A program made the position numbers and the translations under genes. From positions 1-46,598 of the IMG/VR virus record IMGVR_UViG_3300024251_000011: DNA of 46,598 bases; one strand, 5' to 3'. The notes under the pieces were generated by a model. It was not told the DNA's origin and did no database searches. It was given only the letters and a program-made list of their open reading frames with translations. Positions within the stretch are counted from its first letter, which is position 1. Each line of letters opens with the position of its first letter. Source of the stretch: a virus (Duplodnaviria; Caudoviricetes). This document shows positions 34,906 to 42,185 of this stretch, one piece after another.

Positions 34906-35282
34906 TTCTGCTCCTTGGCGGGGACGGGAGAAGCCGCCCATGTTTCGAGCGGAGAAGTCGTCCCGTGCTTGATGACTTGCTCGTATTCGACGGCCGTTGA
35001 ACCGTCATCCAGCGCCGCTTGCATCATCGCGTCGAGGAAATCGGAGAGCGGCGACGAGCCATCTTCGCGTTCGCTGAGCATCGCGTGCTGGACATCCTTC
35101 GCGAACTGCTCGGCGTCGGTGATGGCGAACGTCCGAATATAATCCTCACGCTGCTCGTCGTAGGGATTCGCCCAGTCGGAATACGACGCGGAGTGCGCGA
35201 GCGTTTGCACACCGATGGCAATGACGAGCTGTCCGTCCTTCACTTCGACTGTCAGGCTTTGGCCGTAATAGTTGGCCTTCAT
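34902..35282 (-). CDS. Hypothetical acidic protein
   Basis: ATGA coupling on both sides. Confidence 0.75.
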   Translation of the reverse strand: MKANYYGQSLTVEVKDGQLVIAIGVQTLAHSASYSDWANPYDEQREDYIRTFAITDAEQFAKDVQHAMLSEREDGSSPLSDFLDAMMQAALDDGSTAVEYEQVIKHGTTSPLETWAASPVPAKEQK

Positions 35283-37129
35283 TTTTCAGAGTCGGGGACG
35301 GGAGAAGCCGAGCGCAACGCCGCCGCCCGCACTTCCTCTCGATATGATTTCCACGTCGCCATCAGATCGTGCATCGCTGAGGTCGTATCGGGATCGAGTG
35401 CAACTTCGCATGTTTTCTCCCAACGTATGAAACACGTGAGCGCGTCGGCAACATCGATTCCGAGCTTTTGCAGGCGGTCGCTCTCCTGTGGAAGGACGGG
35501 AGCCGCTAATTGCTCTTGCCGCTGACGCACGAGCGCGAGCAGTTCGATGGTGTAATCCGCCTTATTCGCCTTGTCGTAGCGGTTGCCCCACACTTCGTCG
35601 TAGTCCTTCGCGAGCAGAACCGCAATGGCTTCCGACACGCCGAGTCCGCCACGTTCCGCGAGACGTTCAAGCGTTTGACCGCCGTGGTTACGCTGACACT
35701 GCTTGTCGAATGGTGCGATGACATCCCACGGAATGTCCGGTCCTCCTTGAATCGGGAACATCCGCGCCGGTTGCGGTGGAAGGACGGTAGCCGCCGGAGG
35801 TTGTGCGTGATACCGATGACAACCACAGCCACACATATAGGACTCCGGCTTCCCCTCGCAACACGGTGGCCTTTCGTCATGCGGTGGAAGGACGGGAGCC
35901 GGTTCAATCGCTTCAGTCAGAATCCGAAGATTCTCAGCCTTGAGCGCGTTTCCGATGCCTTCGCGTAGCTTGGCATCAGGACTGAGCGGTTCTTTATCGA
36001 GCCGTGCGTCCAACGCGAGCAGTAGCTTTTCTAATGATGAAAACGGCATCGGCGTCCGATCATCAACCTTTGACTTTGGCAATCGAATATCGAAGCTGTG
36101 CCCCTCATCCCACACTGTCAGAACGTGCTCATCATCGGTGTCATAGCGATTCGCGTGATATTCGTTCGCTTGCGGAATGGCTTTCAACATCACTCGGAGC
36201 GCGTATGCGTGTGGTGGAAGGACGGGAGCCGCCGCCTCGTCGTATTCCCCTAATGCGTCCCACAACGCCCGCACATGGCTTGCGCTGACGATCATTCCAT
36301 CGCCGTTTAGCGCGTCGTGCCAATGCCGAATACATCGCGCGGCTTCAATCACCCGAGAGGTGGCAGCCCGCGCCGCCGGTAACTGTATCCAGTGCGTCAT
36401 TCTCGGCAACGACCCGCCGTTGATCGTGTAGAACGCAAGGCCGTTGTGCCTCATGTCGTGAACGCGCCATAGTTTCCCGTCTCGAATCAACGCGCCGATG
36501 ATGATCGTTCCATCCTTCGGAGCCGTTTCGATGGGCAGCCAGTCGGTGGCGGCGTCGTGCGGGGCTTCTTCCTCACGATGATACTGTTGTGGAGAGGTGG
36601 CAGCCCGCGCCGCCAACGCTTCGACCTTGCGACCGTATTCACGAATGCGTTCAAGCAGATCGCCTGCTTGCGTCTCTGACGAACGGTCGTTCCACTCGCA
36701 ATGAGACAGGAACTCGCTGATGTTTTCGAGCAGCTCGTTGAGTTGGGCGGCGTCGTGCGGGGCTTCTGGGGCCACGCCATTGGTCAGAGACGCGAGACGC
36801 GCATATTTCTCTGCTGTCGTGTGGCCGTCCCAATGCGACGCGCCTTTCGGTAGGTGCGAGAACAGGGATTGTTCCGAGAGTTTTATGTGCCATGTCAGTT
36901 GACCGACAGGCGAATGGATGCAGATGATCGTGCGCCACTCGTCGTCCCACGTTGTGTCATCTTCGGGATGTTGACACCAATGCGACGGCCAAATTTTCGA
37001 GAGCGCAGCGACGAGCTGGTTACGCTCCGCGTAGGCTTGATGCTTCTCAGCACGTAGCGATTCAATCGTGTCTGGCATCGGCTTCTCCGGTGTGACGGCT
37101 GGCCCAGACGAGAGATCGTTGTCAGTCAT
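35279..37129 (-). CDS. Mosaic multi-module protein (WDGH-like, DUF551-like and others)
   Basis: HWDGHTTAEK; WLPIETAPKDG...THWIQLP; IPWDVIAP...NHGGQTLERLAERGGL; repeated linkers between modules. Confidence 0.8.
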   Translation of the reverse strand: MTDNDLSSGPAVTPEKPMPDTIESLRAEKHQAYAERNQLVAALSKIWPSHWCQHPEDDTTWDDEWRTIICIHSPVGQLTWHIKLSEQSLFSHLPKGASHWDGHTTAEKYARLASLTNGVAPEAPHDAAQLNELLENISEFLSHCEWNDRSSETQAGDLLERIREYGRKVEALAARAATSPQQYHREEEAPHDAATDWLPIETAPKDGTIIIGALIRDGKLWRVHDMRHNGLAFYTINGGSLPRMTHWIQLPAARAATSRVIEAARCIRHWHDALNGDGMIVSASHVRALWDALGEYDEAAAPVLPPHAYALRVMLKAIPQANEYHANRYDTDDEHVLTVWDEGHSFDIRLPKSKVDDRTPMPFSSLEKLLLALDARLDKEPLSPDAKLREGIGNALKAENLRILTEAIEPAPVLPPHDERPPCCEGKPESYMCGCGCHRYHAQPPAATVLPPQPARMFPIQGGPDIPWDVIAPFDKQCQRNHGGQTLERLAERGGLGVSEAIAVLLAKDYDEVWGNRYDKANKADYTIELLALVRQRQEQLAAPVLPQESDRLQKLGIDVADALTCFIRWEKTCEVALDPDTTSAMHDLMATWKSYREEVRAAALRSASPVPDSEK

Positions 37130-37314
37130 GTGAGTTTCATATCCCTGGGAAACGCGATGCCTGCCGGTTCCACGCGCCGATTTTGCTCCGTCGCCATTCG
37201 ACCGATCGCGACTTTCGCGATTTCTAGGATGCCGAGCGCCGTCACTTGATTGCCTGGAATGCCTTCGAGACTGACGTTACCGGCATCGTCGAGCGTGATC
37301 GTGATCTTGATCAT
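37126..37314 (-). CDS. Small hypothetical protein
   Basis: AAAGGTG RBS, ATGA overlaps; MIKITITLDDAGNV. Confidence 0.7.
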   Translation of the reverse strand: MIKITITLDDAGNVSLEGIPGNQVTALGILEIAKVAIGRMATEQNRRVEPAGIAFPRDMKLT

Positions 37315-37550
37315 TTCGCACCTTTCGTTATGCGTGCTTTGCCCATCGGCGTCGTCGGCGTGCAACTGTCGCAGCACGAGAACACGCGATCGAACGCAAA
37401 CGCGTAGAGCATCCGGCCGCCGCAGTCACACCGCTTCGGCAGCGGAGTGCCCGTCGCGGGATCCGTCGTCGGCTGGCGTTTCTCGGAGTCGCGTCTGATG
37501 AGTCGGGAAACGCGACTGTCTGCATTCGGCTCCGTCGCGATTTTTGGCAA
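37311..37550 (-). CDS. Small Zn-ribbon protein
   Basis: CDCGG...CCDSC; start uncertain. Confidence 0.55.
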   Translation of the reverse strand: MPKIATEPNADSRVSRLIRRDSEKRQPTTDPATGTPLPKRCDCGGRMLYAFAFDRVFSCCDSCTPTTPMGKARITKGAK

Positions 37551-37556
37551 CGCCGG

Positions 37557-37619
37557 AGGTTATCCGGAGAGACGGAACCATGTCAATAGTTGCGTTTATA
37601 TCGGAACCGGACGTAAGCT
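37557..37619. promoter_or_regulatory. Putative divergent promoter pair at the main strand switch
   Basis: Minus: TTGACA (37586-37581), 18 bp, TAACCT. Plus: TTGCGT (37590-37595), 18 bp, TAAGCT. Confidence 0.5.
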
Positions 37620-37628
37620 CTCCGGCCT

Positions 37629-37856
37629 ATGGATGACACGAACGACGTTCCGAAGCCGAAAAGCCGACGCGGGTTCGCGTCGATGGATCCTGAGAAACGC
37701 CGCGAGGCCGCGCGCAAAGGCGGGCGCACCGCGCAAGAGCGCGGCACTGGATACCGTTTCACGACGGAGACGGCAATCGAAGCGGGAAAAATCGGTGGGC
37801 GCATCTCGCGCGGTGGACGCGGACGATTGGCCGCGCCGAAAACGTCGGCCGCGTAG
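37629..37856 (+). CDS. KGG-motif general stress protein (YciG/Con-10-like)
   Basis: RGFASMDPEKRREAARKGG...FTTETAIEAGKIGG. Confidence 0.88.
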   Translation: MDDTNDVPKPKSRRGFASMDPEKRREAARKGGRTAQERGTGYRFTTETAIEAGKIGGRISRGGRGRLAAPKTSAA

Positions 37857-37865
37857 CGCGCCGCA

Positions 37866-38423
37866 ATGCCCGCCAAACCAACGCCGTCGCCGAGTCGCCC
37901 CCCTCTGCGGATGCACGCATTGTGGTGGTGGATCGATCGCTGGAGGAAATCAACCGCCTGGACCGATATGACGCTCGAAGAGCAAGGCGCCTATCGCAAT
38001 TTGCTCGACGAATGTTGGTTACGCGGCGGCCCGATTCCACTCGACGAACGGATTCTCGCGCGCGCCTCTGGCGATCCCGTCGTCTGGCCGAAAATTCGCA
38101 ATCGCGTGATGGTTCACTTCAAGAAATTCGCGGACGGCTGGCGGAATGCGACGCTCGATGAAGTCATGCGGCAATCCACCCGCCGCGCCACGAACCAACT
38201 TAACTATAGAGAGCGGAAGAAGCAACAAGCTGAACTGGCAGCGGCGGGGCAATCTCCCTCTAAGAGTGATAACGCGCGCGATAACGGACACAGTAACAAA
38301 CGGTCTAACGTGGTCAGACACCCGCACGCTAACAACCGCGATAACAAACCCGATTCTCCGGATCCGGATCCGGATCCGGATCAGGAACCGTCTCTGAACT
38401 TGAAACAACGAGCTAGATCGTGA
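37866..38423 (+). CDS. DUF1376/YdaU-family replication initiator-like protein
   Basis: MTLEEQGAYRNLLDECW...PIPLDERILAR; PDPDPDPD linker. Confidence 0.8.
   Translation: MPAKPTPSPSRPPLRMHALWWWIDRWRKSTAWTDMTLEEQGAYRNLLDECWLRGGPIPLDERILARASGDPVVWPKIRNRVMVHFKKFADGWRNATLDEVMRQSTRRATNQLNYRERKKQQAELAAAGQSPSKSDNARDNGHSNKRSNVVRHPHANNRDNKPDSPDPDPDPDQEPSLNLKQRARS
38268..38381 (+). repeat. 12-bp-period xxTAAC repeats followed by (CCGGAT)4
   Basis: TAAC-containing units start at 38268, 38280, 38292, 38304, 38328 and 38340; hexamer run at 38358-38381. Confidence 0.7.
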
Positions 38424-38698
38424 GTATTAGAGCAGCCCGCAAAAAACGCGGGCGACGTTCACAAGCCGCTCTGGAAAGGCCAGGGAAGAGGCACCAACGC
38501 TACCCACAGAAAGGCCGAATCGGCGCTGAAGTGCGTCTGCGTGGAAATCCGCGAGTGCTGGATGACTTGTGGCGCACTGCACGCATCGAACGACGCCTGA
38601 CCGGATTCCGTGGTGGACTCGTGCTCGATCGTCCGCTGAACGGTTGCCGGTTCTGGAACGTGGACGCGCTCGAATACGTTGGGAGGTCAAGGCGATGA
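38420..38698 (+). CDS. Basic hypothetical protein
   Basis: GTGA and ATGA overlaps on both sides. Confidence 0.55.
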   Translation: MSIRAARKKRGRRSQAALERPGKRHQRYPQKGRIGAEVRLRGNPRVLDDLWRTARIERRLTGFRGGLVLDRPLNGCRFWNVDALEYVGRSRR

Positions 38699-39279
38699 CA
38701 CGAAAACTTCGGACGGCTCTGACCATCGTGAGCGATATCGGCGCGCTGGGATTCGATCTCCAACATCACAGCGATGAAGCTGTGGCGGAGGCCGTCAAAA
38801 TACTCCGCACCGTCAATCCGGAAATGTTCGATTATCTGTCGAGAGTCCTATCGGTCGGCGCAAGTCAACCCAACTCACCGGAGATGCACACATGGAAACG
38901 CACATTCGTCGTTTGTCTATTCGCTCTTCTCGCGGCCGTGCCTGCTTCCGCGCAGAATCCCGTGAATCCAACGCAGGTATCGTTCGATTACGATCCGACC
39001 GACTTCACGAACATCGACGGCTTCGAGCTGGGGTATTTCTCGTCGGCGAACTCCACGCAGCCGGTGCAGATTTCCTCCCTCGTCGCCACGAGCATTGGTT
39101 GCGCGGTAAACGGCGCCGTCGAGAGCTGCACGGAAGCGCTCGTGAGTCGGCCGAATCAGTTTCAGACATGGTTCGTCGGTGTGCGTGCAGCGGCGAATAC
39201 CGTGCGGTCGCCGTGGAGCGCGCCGCTCGTCCCTTTCGATCGTGCGCCAAGCGCGCCCACAAATGTCCGTCCGAAGTAG
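38695..39279 (+). CDS. Protein with signal-peptide-like segment and FN3-like exported domain
   Basis: GGAGG RBS at 38682; internal KRTFVVCLFALLAAVPASA|Q; GFELGYF...VGVRA...SPWS...PSAPTNVR; alternative start 38884. Confidence 0.65.
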   Translation: MTRKLRTALTIVSDIGALGFDLQHHSDEAVAEAVKILRTVNPEMFDYLSRVLSVGASQPNSPEMHTWKRTFVVCLFALLAAVPASAQNPVNPTQVSFDYDPTDFTNIDGFELGYFSSANSTQPVQISSLVATSIGCAVNGAVESCTEALVSRPNQFQTWFVGVRAAANTVRSPWSAPLVPFDRAPSAPTNVRPK

Positions 39280-39327
39280 TGCCGCTGCCGAAACCGCCGA
39301 AGAAATCGAAAATCCGTTTCCGGTGAC

Positions 39328-39555
39328 GTGAACATGGCGCGTTCGCCCTTCAGTCGCGGCGGTGTGATCGCGGCGGTCTTCTACGAAATGTTAAAGAGGA
39401 CGCCGCGCCTCCGCCATGAGTCCGATTTCGAGCTGGCCGAGCGCTTGAAATATGCGTGCTCACGGCTTCGGATTCCCTACAACAGCGGACACATCTACGC
39501 CGCGATCGATCACGTGAAGCACGTGCATCGTCGGCCGCCGCGAAGGCCGCGATGA
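39328..39555 (+). CDS. Small helical protein
   Basis: ELAERLKYACSRLRIPYNSGHIYAAID; ATGA overlap with the next gene. Confidence 0.6.
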   Translation: MNMARSPFSRGGVIAAVFYEMLKRTPRLRHESDFELAERLKYACSRLRIPYNSGHIYAAIDHVKHVHRRPPRRPR

Positions 39556-39848
39556 GGCAGTGGGGCCGTGCGCCGCGTCCGCTCTCGTGTGGTTCATGCA
39601 TCCGCCGAACGATCGCGGCCGGTGAACCTGTGTCGTATTGGCAAGCAGTCAGCGGCGGCCCGTGGATGCGACTCCGCTGCGTCGATTGCGCGGGCGAAGC
39701 GCCGCCGCCTCTGCCCGACCTGATAGTGACGCGGGCGCCTGATGCCTCCACGATGACGCGCATCGGCGATGTCGCCCCGCTCCGCACGCGCGGCGCCCTA
39801 CGCACGGCCGTGCGTGACCACTGGTTGCCCTACAACGAGCGCGAATAA
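39552..39848 (+). CDS. Zinc-finger protein
   Basis: CGSC...IAAGEP...CVDCA. Confidence 0.65.
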   Translation: MRQWGRAPRPLSCGSCIRRTIAAGEPVSYWQAVSGGPWMRLRCVDCAGEAPPPLPDLIVTRAPDASTMTRIGDVAPLRTRGALRTAVRDHWLPYNERE

Positions 39849-40051
39849 CCCAGATTTTTAGTCGTCAAAACTCGAAAGGCGATTTCGGCTATAAGCGACG
39901 ATCTCGCGCTCGGCCAGACCTACCCCGCCAAAATTGAAGATCGTGCCTCTGAGGGGCATTTACGGCGATTCTAGGGCCATGTCCTCTTTTAGAGAACATT
40001 GGCGTTTTTAACTATTATTATTTGTCTGATTGAGAGTATTTAGCTTGACTT

Positions 40052-40531
40052 CTAGTGTTTATCGTCAGGACAGTTTTTGCGCTCAGTGAGCGCGGCGCGC
40101 GTGAGTGCTCTCGCGGTGGATTCGATATCAGGCTCGGCGAGCGAGCAGTCACCGCCGAAGACCTGGACGATGCGGCGCTTGTGGATGCGATCGTAGAACG
40201 TCCGCACGCGAATCACGGGATACTGCACGCGCGCGAGCGCATCCACGATCGTGCCCGTGACAACGACCGGCCTGTCATGTCCGTTCCAGACTTCGAATCG
40301 CGTCGGCTTCGGCTGCGACTTCACTTTCTTCGCGACGCGCACGCGCCCGCGCGGATGCGGATTGAAGGCGACGAGCAATCGCGCCGCGCTGCTGATGAAT
40401 GGTTCACGGGCACGCGCGCCGATGGTGCTGAATGGCTGAACGGTCAAGCCGTGGCACTCCGCGACGGCATCGTAGATCGATTCCGCCAGGCGGATAACGA
40501 CCGGACTCACGACGTAGGTGTCACTCGGCAT
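40052..40531 (-). CDS. Hypothetical protein
   Basis: Overlaps the end of the upstream minus-strand gene; start uncertain. Confidence 0.55.
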   Translation of the reverse strand: MPSDTYVVSPVVIRLAESIYDAVAECHGLTVQPFSTIGARAREPFISSAARLLVAFNPHPRGRVRVAKKVKSQPKPTRFEVWNGHDRPVVVTGTIVDALARVQYPVIRVRTFYDRIHKRRIVQVFGGDCSLAEPDIESTARALTRAALTERKNCPDDKH

Positions 40532-40916
40532 CGCGCCATACCCTCGCACGTAGCCAGGCCAAGAGGCCGCGCCATGTCATCGTTTCGAAGACGGCCACGC
40601 GTTTCGACAGCGCTTCGAGCTGGCGGTTGAATTCAGCGCGCGTGTCGTTGTCCATAAGGTCGGCGTAGACGACCAGTGTTTGCTCCAGTATTTGCTCGTC
40701 TTGCTTGCGAAGCGCCCTCTCCGCCGCTAGTAACGACGTGACGAGCGCGCGCATTTCCTCCATCTTCTCGGCGACTTCGGCGTCTACGCATTCCGCAAGC
40801 GTATCGATGCGAGCGTGAAGGCGAGCGACCGCCTGTCCGTGCTCGCGCTGTTGCGTGGGATTCACGAGTGCTCCTAGCTCGCGCTGTTGCGCGGCGGTCA
40901 TCACTAAAACTGTCAT
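40521..40916 (-). CDS. Coiled-coil hypothetical protein
   Basis: Heptads ending MTWRGLLAWL; lies just downstream of the minus-strand promoter. Confidence 0.6.
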   Translation of the reverse strand: MTVLVMTAAQQRELGALVNPTQQREHGQAVARLHARIDTLAECVDAEVAEKMEEMRALVTSLLAAERALRKQDEQILEQTLVVYADLMDNDTRAEFNRQLEALSKRVAVFETMTWRGLLAWLRARVWRDAE

Positions 40917-40929
40917 ATTGCGACGGTGC

Positions 40930-41003
40930 ATCAAAGCACGCACACAAAAATATGTCAAGGAGCACGCATAATGCTTGCTTTCTGTTCGGGCGTTCGATAG
41001 GCT
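40930..41003. promoter_or_regulatory. Divergent promoter pair with TGCGTGCT boxes
   Basis: Minus: TTGACA (40958-40953), 17 bp, TTTGAT. Plus: TTGCTT (40975-40980), 17 bp, TAGGCT. Confidence 0.6.
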
Positions 41004-41012
41004 CAGCGGCAC

Positions 41013-42185
41013 ATGGCTAAAACACCGATGGATCCGACAACGCGAGCACGCATGGGCGGCCAGGCGCGCGCGCGCAGTATGTCGAAGCGAAAACGGACAC
41101 AGGCCGCACGGCTGGCAGCGATGGCGCGCTGGGGAAAGCGGCCGGACAGTAAGGAGAAAGGGGCGCGTGACGCCATGACCAACGGATCGCCTGTTAACAA
41201 CGCACCAGATGATGCCAGCTATAGCCGGATGCGCGCGGCCACGGCGCTGGCGCGTTCGACCGGCCTGAGACTAAAGCTCGCACTTCAGGCCGCCGCCGCG
41301 AGCGTGCTGTTTCCAGTGCCCCCGCTCCAGCATTTCTGTATCCGCTGTCATCATCGCTGGACCGGAGACGGCCTCGCGGAGTATTGCGGCGACTGCCATC
41401 GTCTCTTTCTCGCAACGCTGAAGGAACGTGCCGGGTTCGAACCAAAACAGTTCGCCGTGTTTCTTCGGAAGCTCGCCGGGAAGCTCGATGACGGCTTGTC
41501 TGAACTTGTGGCGGAGCAGCTCCACGAGACTGCGCACCGCTTAGAGACTGAAGCGCGCTGCGAGATCATCGAGCGCGAACTGGAATCCGGGCAACATGCC
41601 GAGGACGATGCGCCGCCGATGGAGACGATCTATCGATGGCTCGAAGACGTGCTGATTCCCATGTGGAAAGGCGATCCGATCACAGAAAAACATCGGAGGC
41701 TGGCGCGCACGGTGTGGGAACGAATCGTAGATGAACGCGCTGAGCAACCGCAATATACGAAGCCTCCCAATATCGATCACTACGACGGATTGCAGTTACT
41801 TGGCGAGAGAACGCAGGTCAAGGCCGCAGCGGCGCATGCATTCGATACCCGCAAGATGCGACGTGCAGCATTGCTACGTCGCGTGCTTGATGGACTTATT
41901 CGAACTGTCCAACTAGAAGGAATGATCCCCGATCGGCCGCTGGGAGCTGACGACGTGCGCGCGTATTTCACAAACGAGAGCGCGATCTATATCACGCCAC
42001 TCGTCGAAGCCGTAGACATCCTCGAAGAGATTATCTTCGCGTCGGATGGCTGCATGGGCCATCGTCATTGCGCGCACTCGATGGAACCGTGGCAGCGCGC
42101 GAGAGACTTACTGAAGGGAAAGTGGGCCTACGAAAGCGGTTCGCCTCGAACATGGCCCCCGATGCCGAGAGATGGGCAATCGTGA
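41013..42185 (+). CDS. Multi-module hypothetical protein with basic GG.ARA...AA.ARW N-terminus and Zn finger
   Basis: GGQARARSMSKRKRTQAARLAAMARW; CIRC...CGDC. Confidence 0.7.
   Translation: MAKTPMDPTTRARMGGQARARSMSKRKRTQAARLAAMARWGKRPDSKEKGARDAMTNGSPVNNAPDDASYSRMRAATALARSTGLRLKLALQAAAASVLFPVPPLQHFCIRCHHRWTGDGLAEYCGDCHRLFLATLKERAGFEPKQFAVFLRKLAGKLDDGLSELVAEQLHETAHRLETEARCEIIERELESGQHAEDDAPPMETIYRWLEDVLIPMWKGDPITEKHRRLARTVWERIVDERAEQPQYTKPPNIDHYDGLQLLGERTQVKAAAAHAFDTRKMRRAALLRRVLDGLIRTVQLEGMIPDRPLGADDVRAYFTNESAIYITPLVEAVDILEEIIFASDGCMGHRHCAHSMEPWQRARDLLKGKWAYESGSPRTWPPMPRDGQS

Noticed and set aside
35488-36231. Four 18-bp repeats as a CRISPR array or shufflon
   Set aside because: Spacing is irregular (about 110-330 bp), the repeats are direct and in-frame coding, and no recombinase is nearby.
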